In this document: in pieces, positions 56,265 to 64,000 of the stretch | Position numbering within the stretch: the first letter of the stretch is position 1 | How the letters are laid out: each line of letters opens with the position of its first letter | NCBI GenBank assembly: GCA_963819375.1 | Contig: CAWFVU010000010.1 | Coordinates: 69,652 to 133,651, forward strand | DNA length: 64,000 bases | Source of the DNA: an uncultured Pseudomonadota bacterium | Lineage (GTDB): Bacteria > Myxococcota_A > Polyangia > Fen-1088 | Reading direction: 5' to 3' | Program-made: the position numbers and the translations under genes | The notes under the pieces: model-generated | The model's database searches: none | What the model saw: only the letters and a program-made list of their open reading frames with translations | What the model was told of the DNA's origin: nothing

Positions 56265-58053
56265 TCGGCCCGACGGCCAGCACGATCGGCAGGCCGCCGT
56301 TGCGCAGGCGGTGCTGCTCTGGGAGATCGAGCTTGAGCGCGCCTGCGGCGTCTCGCAGCTGTTGCGGGATGACGATCGCCGCGCGCCAACCCCGGAAGTG
56401 CGCGCGCAGCACGCGGCCGAGCTCGCGGTAGGTGCGCACCGCCGATCGCGGATCCGACAGCCGGCGGCCGTAGGGGGGATTGGCGATCACCAACCCGGGG
56501 CTGGCGCCGGGAGGTCGCGCGTCGGTGATGTCGCGGCTCGCCAGCGTCAGCGCCGCGCCAACCTCGGCCCGATCGGCGTTGCGCTGCGCGCTCTCGATGG
56601 CGCGCGCGTCGTGATCCGAGCCCAGGATTGGCGCCGGGAGCGCGGCCCGGATGCGCCCGCGCGCCTCATCGCGCAAGGCCGCCGCCTCGCTCGAGGGCGA
56701 TCCGGCCGAGAAGAGCGGCCAGCCGTCAATCGCGAACCCCGCTCCGAAGGCCCGGTCGATCCCGGGCGCCCGGTCGAGCGCCTGCAGCGCCGCCTCGATG
56801 ACGATTGTGCCGGCGCCGCACATCGGATCGACGAGTGGGACGCTCGGGTCCCACCCGGCCAGCGCCAGGAGGCCCGCGGCCAGCGTCTCGCGCAGGGGGG
56901 CGGCGCCGATCTCGACGCGCGCGCCGCGACGATGGAGCCGCTCCCCGGAGGCGTCGACGCTGAAGGTGAAGTGATCCTCGTGGCCGCGCACCAGGATCGA
57001 CACGTCGGCGGCCTCGCCGTCCTTCGCCACCTGCACCCCCTTCACCGCGTCGCCGATCGCCAGCGCCGCCGTCTCGACGAGCGCGCCCGTGTGGTAGAGC
57101 CGGCTGCGGCTGGCGCTCGCCCGCAAGGAGAGCGATGCCCCCGGCGCGACGAAGGCGCCCCAGTCGAGACCGGCGGCGCGGCGTCGAAGCTTGCCGAACT
57201 CGCGTGCCTCCACGGTTCCGACCCGCCCCAGCACGCGGGTGGGAAGGCGCAACCAGAGGTTCGCGCGGTAACCACCGATGGCCGGCGCGCTCCACTCGAC
57301 GCCGCCAACCTCCGGGCGCAGCTCGGCGGCGTCGGGCAGCGCCGCAATCTCTCGCGCGGCGGCCTCTTCCAGTCCAGGGGCGACCACCGCGAACCAACGC
57401 AACGACGCGGAGGTGCGGGCGCGCGGCTTGCGCTTCGGGTGCCGCTCGTCGCCGCGGCTCTCCCCGAGCGCGGGGAGGCTCGCCGGCCGTCCCGAGAAGA
57501 CGAGATGCGCAAGGATCTCAATCGACCCCTCGCCGCCGGCCACGGGCGAGTCAATCTCCGCCGCCAGCTCGAAGCCGAGTGCTTCGGCGCGGCCCCGGAC
57601 CTTCTCCAGCGCCGCGCGGCGCAGATTCGGATCATCGACGCGGCCCCCTTTGACCTGACGGTCCGGGAGCTCGAACTGGGGCTTGACCAGCACCACGCCT
57701 TGCGCGCCCGGGCGCAGGCGGAACGCCAGGCCGCGCAGCATGTTGCGCGCGGAGACGAAGCTGACGTCGACGGTGAAGAAGTCGAACGGACCCTCGGCCT
57801 CGTTGAGCGAGAGCTTGCGCCAGTCGACCCCCTCGAGAGACGTCACGCGGGCGTCAGCGCCGAGCGTGGCGTGCAGCTGACCGTGCCCGACGTCGACCGC
57901 CAGGACGCTCGCTGCGCCGTGGGCGAGCAGCGCCTCGGTAAACCCACCGGTCGACGCGCCGACGTCGACCGCGCGCGCGCCGCGCACAGCTCCCGCCAGC
58001 CCGAAACGCGCGAGCGCTGCCTCCAGTTTTCCGCCCGCGCGGCTGACCGCCAT
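56257..58053 (-). CDS. fusion of TlyA-like (FtsJ-fold) RNA methyltransferase lacking the S4 domain and THUMP-domain class I RNA methyltransferase
   Basis: Residues 1 to about 195: SRAGGKLEAAL...VDVGASTGGFTEALL...VDVSFVS...VKPQFE...GGEGSIEILAHL (TlyA core). Residues from about 225 to the end: THUMP-like region plus MCGAGTIVIEAAL and VIANPPYGRRL motifs. Single uninterrupted ORF. Confidence 0.7.
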   Translation of the reverse strand: MAVSRAGGKLEAALARFGLAGAVRGARAVDVGASTGGFTEALLAHGAASVLAVDVGHGQLHATLGADARVTSLEGVDWRKLSLNEAEGPFDFFTVDVSFVSARNMLRGLAFRLRPGAQGVVLVKPQFELPDRQVKGGRVDDPNLRRAALEKVRGRAEALGFELAAEIDSPVAGGEGSIEILAHLVFSGRPASLPALGESRGDERHPKRKPRARTSASLRWFAVVAPGLEEAAAREIAALPDAAELRPEVGGVEWSAPAIGGYRANLWLRLPTRVLGRVGTVEAREFGKLRRRAAGLDWGAFVAPGASLSLRASASRSRLYHTGALVETAALAIGDAVKGVQVAKDGEAADVSILVRGHEDHFTFSVDASGERLHRRGARVEIGAAPLRETLAAGLLALAGWDPSVPLVDPMCGAGTIVIEAALQALDRAPGIDRAFGAGFAIDGWPLFSAGSPSSEAAALRDEARGRIRAALPAPILGSDHDARAIESAQRNADRAEVGAALTLASRDITDARPPGASPGLVIANPPYGRRLSDPRSAVRTYRELGRVLRAHFRGWRAAIVIPQQLRDAAGALKLDLPEQHRLRNGGLPIVLAVGPIR

Positions 58054-58071
58054 GCGCGCGACTTATACATC

Positions 58072-58128
58072 GGGACCCTCAAAGGGTCCCGACCCCCCGC
58101 GATGGGCTCGCGCGAGCAAAGCTCGCGC
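58072..58128 (-). terminator. two GC hairpins downstream of the CBS gene
   Basis: gggaccc-tcaaa-gggtccc (58072-58090) and gcgcgagc-aaa-gctcgcgc (58110-58128). No clear U-tract. Confidence 0.3.
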
Positions 58129-58182
58129 TCTCCCGACGCGATCACCTATCGCGTTCGTGTTCGCGACAATTGGTCGGCACGC

Positions 58183-58719
58183 TCAGTCGGCCATGCGGCG
58201 GAGGACGTTCGGCGAGGTTCGGCCGAAGCAGTCTGCGCAGAGCGGGATCCCGCCCGAGCGCGGGTCGCGCCGGACCTTGTCGCGCGGGTCTTCGGCGCCG
58301 CACGCGCCGCAGGTGAGCCGAGGCGTCAGGTCCGTATCAGATGACGCGAGGCCAACCGTGGCGAGCGCCGCCCGCGTGATGATCCCCACCAGAAAAGCGC
58401 CGGTGACCACGGGCAAGCAGGAGACCCCCTGCTCGCACATGATCTGCGCCGCTTCTTCCAGCGTGGTGTCGGGTCCAATGCAGAGCACCGGTGAGCTCAT
58501 GCACTCGCCCACGAACGCGTGCCGCTGCGCCGTCCGCAGGTCCTCCCGGCAGACGATGCCGGTGAGGGTCCCATTGTCGAGCACCAGGAGGTGATCGATT
58601 CCGTTGTCGAAGGCGAGCCGTCGCGCCGAGGCCACGACGGTGTCCGGCGTCAACGTATAGAGCTCAGTCCCCATTACCTCAGCCACGCAACAGGCACCGA
58701 CTTCAGCCATGACATCCAT
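58183..58719 (-). CDS. CBS-domain pair protein with C-terminal Cys4 zinc-ribbon-like tail
   Basis: Two CBS-like units (VMGTELYTLTPDTVVASARRLAFDNGIDHLLVLD; CMSSPVLCIGPDTTLEEAAQIMCEQGVSCLPVV). Tail CGACG...CADC. Confidence 0.75.
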   Translation of the reverse strand: MDVMAEVGACCVAEVMGTELYTLTPDTVVASARRLAFDNGIDHLLVLDNGTLTGIVCREDLRTAQRHAFVGECMSSPVLCIGPDTTLEEAAQIMCEQGVSCLPVVTGAFLVGIITRAALATVGLASSDTDLTPRLTCGACGAEDPRDKVRRDPRSGGIPLCADCFGRTSPNVLRRMAD

Positions 58720-58954
58720 GACGTGCCCTCCCAGGAGAAAGTCTAGCGGGCGTGCGCCCGCGGGCTACTTGCTGCAGGAGTTAAACAAACGTCGTGCCAA
58801 GTCGATCGGCCGCGCTGGGCTTGAATTTCCGCGACCTCGAGCGTGCGTCGCGTCACCGGGGCCGTGCGGGTGTTACCAACCGGGTCTGAGCGGTCACATT
58901 GGCCCACACTCCGAGTTGCGGGATCTCGGTTCGGAGTTTGCAATAAGGCGATGC

Positions 58955-59362
58955 ATGGATTCGACGCGAATTCTGCTGGTGGACGACGACGATGAGACGA
59001 GGGAGCTCCTCCGTGACTTCTTCGGGGATCGCGGCTACGCGGTCGAGACCGCGGGCGATGGCGTCAAGGCGCTGATGCGCTTGGCCACGTTCGCAGCCGA
59101 CCTGGTGATCACCGATCTGGAGATGCCCGGGATGAGCGGCCTCGAGCTGATCCGATCCTTGCATGCGACGAAGCAGCAAACACCGGTCTTGCTCGTGACG
59201 GCGCGCGCGGAGCGTGAGCTTCCGCTCCGCCGGCTCGGTCGGCGGGCCGGGTTCGAGTGTTTGCGCAAGCCATTGGATCTGGACGCGCTCGGAAAGATTG
59301 TCGAACGCATGACGGCGTCGCACGCGCTTGCCGAGTCACACGCGGTTCATCACAATGTCTGA
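58955..59362 (+). CDS. single-domain response regulator (receiver)
   Basis: ATG at 58955. ILLVDDDDETRELL...DLVITDLEMPGMSG...LRKPLDLD. Confidence 0.85.
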   Translation: MDSTRILLVDDDDETRELLRDFFGDRGYAVETAGDGVKALMRLATFAADLVITDLEMPGMSGLELIRSLHATKQQTPVLLVTARAERELPLRRLGRRAGFECLRKPLDLDALGKIVERMTASHALAESHAVHHNV

Positions 59363-59405
59363 CGACGGTCATTCCACCGAGCGCGACCTTAGTTAGATTG
59401 GGATC

Positions 59406-59606
59406 ATGAACAAGCAACGGACCGGCGGGGAGTCGCGCACGGACCATCGGTCCGGCGCGCAGGGGCGATCGGAGCGCGACGCCGCGCGAGGCGCGGTTCA
59501 CAGCTTCGTGGAGGTGGCGGAGCTGCGGCAGATCATGGGCCGCCTGACCGCGATCGAGATGCTGCGCCTGCTGCTCGGCGCGGACGCGCCACCTTCCGGC
59601 GCCTAG
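59406..59606 (+). CDS. small hypothetical protein
   Basis: 66-aa ORF. Charged N-terminal half, helical-looking C-terminal half (FVEVAELRQIMGRLTAIEMLRLLLGA). No family recognised. Confidence 0.25.
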   Translation: MNKQRTGGESRTDHRSGAQGRSERDAARGAVHSFVEVAELRQIMGRLTAIEMLRLLLGADAPPSGA

Positions 59607-59668
59607 CAGCCGCCCGCGCGGGTCCCCAAGCGCCCTTCGAGTGCCTTGCTTGGCGGACGCCCGGCGGC

Positions 59669-61552
59669 TCAGCGCGAGAAGAACTTCTTCGGCGGTGGCG
59701 GCGCCGGCTTCGGCGCGACGACCGCGGGCGCCGGGACCTTCTTCGATTCGGGGATCTTCTTGAGGCTCACGCGCAACGTCTGCGGCCCGTGACCCTCGGG
59801 TTTGTAGTGACGCGTGACCGGCGCGTATCCCGCGCGGCTGAAGGTCAGGTCGTAGGAATTTCCTGGCCGCAACTTGAGCGTCAGCGGCGTGGTGCCGAAC
59901 TGGTGGCGACCCGTGGCGACGTGCGAACCCTCGGGTTCGCTCTTGATCACCACCGGAACTTGCGGCGACTTTTCTTTCGACGCGGGGGGCGAGCCGTTTT
60001 CTGGCGCGGGAGCGCCCGGTTGTTCGTCTTCCGTCGAGGGGGGGGCCTTTTCGTCCTCGACGGTCGCCCCTTTGATTGCGGCGGCGCCTTCGGCGGCGGC
60101 CCTGGCGGATCCCGCGGCGCCCCCCGGCCCGGGCTTGGCCGCGACCTCCGACGGTGGAGGCGCCGGCGCGGCCTGCGCGTCGGCCGCAGCGACGGTCGGA
60201 GTCGGAGGCGTCGCGGCCGGGGGCGCCGGAGCAGCGACGGTCGGAGTCGGACCGGGAGTCGATGGTGTCGAGCCGCTCGGCTTGGTCTCGGCCGCCACGA
60301 CCGGCGCCGGGGGCGTCGCGTCTGGCCGGTGGGCGTTCAGAACACGCGCCCAGACCACCGCTCCCAGCAGCAACACGGCGCCGGCGCCCACGATCCGCAC
60401 GGCCGGCTTCCGGTGCCAGACGCGATCCGGGATGGCGAACTGCGGTGGATGCGTCATCACCTCCGTAGCGCCCGCGGGCGGGGGTGGCGGTGGTCGATCG
60501 GACGCGCGCACCTCTTCGGCGTCGTCGAGCGTCAGCACCAGCCCCGACTCCTGTCCCGACCCGGCACGCAGCGGGCCGACGGTCGAGCGCGACGCCGGCG
60601 GCTCGGGCGGCGCCTCGCGCGTCAGCGTCGGCACGCCGTCCTTGTTGCTCAGATCCGCCAGCCAGCGCTGCAGCTCCGTCTGTCCGACGGGGCGAAACGC
60701 CACGCGCATGACCTGCTCGACGTCGACCAGCATCTCTTCCGCTTTCTGGTAGCGGGCGTCGGCCGTCTTCCCCATCGCCTTGCGAATGACCCGATAGAGC
60801 TCGGGATTGAGGCCGGGGCGCGCCGTCTCGGGCGGCAGGAAGTCGCCGTTCTTGACCAGCATCAAGGTCTCGTAGTCGGTCGGCGCATCGAAGGGATGGC
60901 GCCGGGTGATCATCGTGTAGAGCATCGTTCCGACGGAGAAGAGGTCCGAGCGCCCGTCGAGCTCGCCGCCGGCCGCCTGCTCCGGCGACATGAAGGCGAC
61001 CTTCCCCTTGATGAGGTTGCCGAGGCTCTTTTCCGTCTTGTTTTGGGCCTTGGCGATCCCGAAGTCGGTCAGCTTGACCTCCCCCTCGGCGCTCATCATC
61101 ACGTTGTGCGGGCTGACGTCGCGGTGGACGATGCCGAGCGGCTTGCCGTCGCCGCGCTTCTTCGCGTGCGCGTAGCCGAGCGCGCGGCAGATCTCGGCGG
61201 TGACGTAGAGCGCGAGCGCCGGCGGGATCGGAACGCCGGCCGCCTTCGACCGCTTGAGGATCCGGTCGAGCGTCCAGCCGTCGACCAGCTCGAGCGCCAG
61301 GAAATAGCGCCCTTCGGATTCGCCGAGGTCGAGCACCTGCACGATGTTGCTGTGGTTGAGCGACATCGCGACGTGCGCCTCATCCACCAGCATGTGGCGA
61401 AACTGCGGGTCGGCGTAGAACGTGGTGAAGATCCGCTTCAGCACCACGGTCTTTTCGAACCCCTGCGCGCCGTGCTGCTTGGCCAGAAAGATCTCGGCTG
61501 TGCCGCCGTCGGTGATCTTACGCAGGATGGTGTAGCGGGACTGGAGGCTCAT
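59669..61552 (-). CDS. Ser/Thr protein kinase with Pro/Ala-rich linker, TM segment and C-terminal PEGA-like domain
   Basis: Kinase motifs GGTAEIF...VLKRI, HRDVSPHNVM, DFGIAK. TM AVRIVGAGAVLLLGAVVWA. C-terminus VVIKSEPEGSHVA...TPLTLKLRPGNSYDLTFSRAGYAP. Confidence 0.9.
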   Translation of the reverse strand: MSLQSRYTILRKITDGGTAEIFLAKQHGAQGFEKTVVLKRIFTTFYADPQFRHMLVDEAHVAMSLNHSNIVQVLDLGESEGRYFLALELVDGWTLDRILKRSKAAGVPIPPALALYVTAEICRALGYAHAKKRGDGKPLGIVHRDVSPHNVMMSAEGEVKLTDFGIAKAQNKTEKSLGNLIKGKVAFMSPEQAAGGELDGRSDLFSVGTMLYTMITRRHPFDAPTDYETLMLVKNGDFLPPETARPGLNPELYRVIRKAMGKTADARYQKAEEMLVDVEQVMRVAFRPVGQTELQRWLADLSNKDGVPTLTREAPPEPPASRSTVGPLRAGSGQESGLVLTLDDAEEVRASDRPPPPPPAGATEVMTHPPQFAIPDRVWHRKPAVRIVGAGAVLLLGAVVWARVLNAHRPDATPPAPVVAAETKPSGSTPSTPGPTPTVAAPAPPAATPPTPTVAAADAQAAPAPPPSEVAAKPGPGGAAGSARAAAEGAAAIKGATVEDEKAPPSTEDEQPGAPAPENGSPPASKEKSPQVPVVIKSEPEGSHVATGRHQFGTTPLTLKLRPGNSYDLTFSRAGYAPVTRHYKPEGHGPQTLRVSLKKIPESKKVPAPAVVAPKPAPPPPKKFFSR

Positions 61553-61643
61553 CAGGGGCGGTCCGGGCCGCTCAAATTACCACGCCGGCCCCTCTTGATG
61601 CCGGAGATCCACTCGCCACACTTTCAAGATGGTGGGTGGGATC

Positions 61644-62042
61644 ATGAAAGATGCGGCGACGAGAACCGTGCTGCTGGTCGAGGACGACGCTGACATTCGG
61701 GATTCCCTGCAGGACATTCTGGAAGACGAGGGGTTCGACGTGATTCCGGCGGCGAACGGCAAGCAGGCGATCGACTTCCTGACGCTCAATGACCCGATCG
61801 GCGCCGATCTGGTGATTTTGGACCTGCTGATGCCGATGGTCTCGGGGTGGGAGGTCCTCGAGCGGATGACCGCGGACGAGCGCTTGAGCGAGATCCCGGT
61901 CCTGGTGCTGAGCGCCGCCGCCGCGCCCAAGCCGGCGCGTGCGCAGGGGTTCGTGCGCAAGCCGTTCTCGCTCGAGGCGTTCGTCTCCAAGGTGCACGGC
62001 GTCGTGGATCGGCCAAGCCACGCTGCGGACGAGCTGATCTAG
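61644..62042 (+). CDS. single-domain response regulator (receiver)
   Basis: VLLVEDDADIRDSL...LVILDLLMPMVSG...VRKPFSLE. ATG at 61644 or 61629. Confidence 0.85.
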   Translation: MKDAATRTVLLVEDDADIRDSLQDILEDEGFDVIPAANGKQAIDFLTLNDPIGADLVILDLLMPMVSGWEVLERMTADERLSEIPVLVLSAAAAPKPARAQGFVRKPFSLEAFVSKVHGVVDRPSHAADELI

Positions 62043-62113
62043 CCGAGCTGACGTCGGACGCCGACGGCGCCGAGGGCCGGCCGCGGCCGTCCGCGCTCGC
62101 GCCCGCAGGTGTT

Positions 62114-62917
62114 ATGGTTCGGATCCGCATGGACCCCCAACGTCTGCGCGCGTTGATCGAGGCCGCCGTCGCGGGGCACGCCACCGTCGAGGAGACGACG
62201 CGCGCGCTCAGTGAGCTGCCCTTCCGCGAGCTCGAGTTCGCGCACGTCGACACCCACCGACACCTGCGGACGGGCTTCCCGGAGGTCGTGCTTGGCGAGG
62301 GGAAGACGCCCGCGCAGATCGCGGCGATCCTCAACGTGCTCCGGGCCGGCCAGGAGGCGGGGGGGCAAGGCGTTCACGTCCCCGTCTTCGCCACCAGGGT
62401 CTCTGCAGAGGCGGCACCGGACATCATCGCGGCCGTACCGGGCGCACGCTACCTGGCGATCCCACGCACGGTCGTGCTGGGCGACACGCCCGCGCCCGAT
62501 CTCGGCCGCGGCGTCATTGCCGTGGTGAGCGCGGGGACCTCCGACGTTCCGGTGGCCGAGGAGGCCGCGCTGACGGCCGAGCTGGCCGGCAATCGCGTCG
62601 CGCGCATCTACGACGTCGGCGTGGCGGGTCTCCACCGGCTGGTCGCGCACCGCGAGACGATCGCTGCCGCGGAGATCGTCATCGTCGTGGCCGGCATGGA
62701 AGGGGCGCTCCCGAGCGTCGTCGCCGGCCTCTACGCGCGCCCTGTCATCGCGGTGCCGACCAGCGTCGGCTACGGTGCCAGCTTCGGCGGCGTGGCCGCG
62801 CTGCTGGGGATGCTGAACTCGTGCGCGGCGGGCGTCGTCGTGGTGAACATCGACAACGGATTTGGTGCCGGGCGAATGGCGTCGATGCTCAACCGGAATC
62901 GGACGCCGGCGACGTGA
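62114..62917 (+). CDS. larB: nickel-pincer cofactor biosynthesis protein LarB (AIR-carboxylase-like)
   Basis: ATG at 62114. VSAGTSDVPVAEEAALTAE...VAGMEGALPSVVAGL...VPTSVGYGASFGGVAALLGMLNSC. Confidence 0.8.
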   Translation: MVRIRMDPQRLRALIEAAVAGHATVEETTRALSELPFRELEFAHVDTHRHLRTGFPEVVLGEGKTPAQIAAILNVLRAGQEAGGQGVHVPVFATRVSAEAAPDIIAAVPGARYLAIPRTVVLGDTPAPDLGRGVIAVVSAGTSDVPVAEEAALTAELAGNRVARIYDVGVAGLHRLVAHRETIAAAEIVIVVAGMEGALPSVVAGLYARPVIAVPTSVGYGASFGGVAALLGMLNSCAAGVVVVNIDNGFGAGRMASMLNRNRTPAT

Positions 62918-64000
62918 GCGCCCGCGGCCTGCACCTTCACTTCGAGCCGACCTCGGGGATCGCAGGGGACATGGCGGTGGCGGCGCTGGTCGACGTCGGC
63001 GTTCCGGCCGCGGTCGTCAAGGCCGCGATCGAGGCGATGGGCGTGCGCGGGCTGCGCGTGGCCTTTGGACGTCGCAAGCGCGGCGCCTTCGTCGGACGCA
63101 GCTTCGACGTCACCTGGCCCGGCCAGCCACGTGCCGCGCATCAAGGCGATCACGAGCATGCGCACGACCACGCCGAGCATGCCGACGGCCACAACCACGC
63201 CGGCCACGCGCCTGCCCAGGCCCACCGTCATCCAGCCAAGGCAAAGGCCCACGACCACCGTGACTATGCCGAGGTGAAGCGGCTGCTCAAACGCGCGCGG
63301 CTCGACGTCGACGCGCGCGCGCTGGCGGCCGACATCTTCGCGCGCATCGCGGAGGTCGAGGGCGAGCTGCACGGCACCCGCGTCGATCGCGTGACGTTCC
63401 ATGAGGTCGGCGCCTACGACTCGATCGCGGACGTCGTCGGCGTCGCGGCGGCGATCGTCCACCTGGCGCCGGTTTCGATCGGCTCGTTGCCGCCGGTGGT
63501 TGGGACGGGCGTCGTCCGCACGGCGCACGGCCCGGTGCCGGTGCCGGCGCCAGCGACCGCGGCGCTCCTCGCGGGGGGCGACATCCCGATGGTGTCCGAG
63601 GGGGTGGGGGAGCTGACCACGCCGACGGGCGCGGCGATCCTGGCGGCCGTTGTAGACCGGTTCGGGCCGCTCCCGCCGATGGTGCCGCGCGCGATCGGGT
63701 ACGGCGCGGGGACGCGCGAGCTCAGCGATCGACCGAACGTGCTGCGGGTGACGCTCGGTGAGCCCGTCGGTGCGCAGGACGCGCCAGCCGCGCCCGAGGT
63801 GGTGCTGGTCGAGGCGAACGTCGACGACATGAGCCCGCAGCTGGTCGGGCCGCTCTACGACGCGCTCTTCGGGGCGGGCGCGGTCGACGTCTGGTCGGCG
63901 CCGATCCTGATGAAGAAGGGACGTCCGGCGATTCAGCTCTCGGCGCTGGCGCCGCCGGCGTCGCTGGCCGCCGTGGAGCGTGCCTTCTTCTCTCACTCGA
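62914..64000 (+). CDS. larC: nickel insertion protein LarC (partial, runs off the window end)
   Basis: GTG overlaps the larB stop (GTGA). LHLHFEPTSGIAGDMAVAALVDVG. His-rich segment HQGDHEHAHDHAEHADGHNHAGH. FHEVGAYDSIADVVG. This frame is open to position 64000 and is not in the ORF track because it has no stop. Confidence 0.8.
   Translation, partial: MSARGLHLHFEPTSGIAGDMAVAALVDVGVPAAVVKAAIEAMGVRGLRVAFGRRKRGAFVGRSFDVTWPGQPRAAHQGDHEHAHDHAEHADGHNHAGHAPAQAHRHPAKAKAHDHRDYAEVKRLLKRARLDVDARALAADIFARIAEVEGELHGTRVDRVTFHEVGAYDSIADVVGVAAAIVHLAPVSIGSLPPVVGTGVVRTAHGPVPVPAPATAALLAGGDIPMVSEGVGELTTPTGAAILAAVVDRFGPLPPMVPRAIGYGAGTRELSDRPNVLRVTLGEPVGAQDAPAAPEVVLVEANVDDMSPQLVGPLYDALFGAGAVDVWSAPILMKKGRPAIQLSALAPPASLAAVERAFFSHS

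Overview
Very GC-rich bacterial chromosomal segment. The gene content points to Myxococcota: a MYXO-CTERM-like sorting tail, a PEGA-domain Ser/Thr kinase, many lipoproteins, FG-GAP lipoproteins, an NtrC-type regulator and an ECF sigma module. I count about 60 protein-coding genes. By eye I found no rRNA, tRNA, CRISPR array, transposase or integrase.

Most genes are housekeeping or envelope functions:
- lipid and RNA metabolism: pssA, plsC, truA
- a MoxR/DUF58/transglutaminase operon
- cysD and cysNC, uvrD, mrp/apbC, ribA, def, folB, a ygfZ-like gene
- a TolC-like outer membrane protein
- an ECF sigma / anti-sigma / DUF4097 module
- a fused MFS/spermidine-synthase-like protein, rpsI-rplM, DUF72, an aminotransferase, a radical SAM protein, larB-larC

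The stand-out locus is 16.05-23.94 kb, a lasso-peptide-type RiPP locus. It has the canonical parts: an Asn-synthetase-like cyclase, a 63-aa precursor carrying a Y-17/P-14/L-12/G-8 leader motif, and a B2 peptidase. It is unusually decorated, with four PqqD/RRE-like domains, an RRE::HprK-like kinase fusion, a PRMT-fold methyltransferase::RRE fusion, a Trm112-like methyltransferase and a polytopic membrane enzyme. No exporter is visible.

Other notable observations:
- two tandem paralogous FG-GAP/FN3 lipoproteins with repetitive Gly-rich linkers
- five single-nucleotide frame disruptions confined to 31-43 kb, affecting uvrD, the tolC-like gene and others
- a perfect tandem 90-bp structured repeat and a promoter-to-terminator unit that could be an sRNA in the 41.5-42.1 kb intergenic region
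- a degenerate APS-kinase domain on CysN
- a TlyA(no S4)::THUMP-methyltransferase fusion

All functional calls rest on motif and family recognition by eye. No database search was run.
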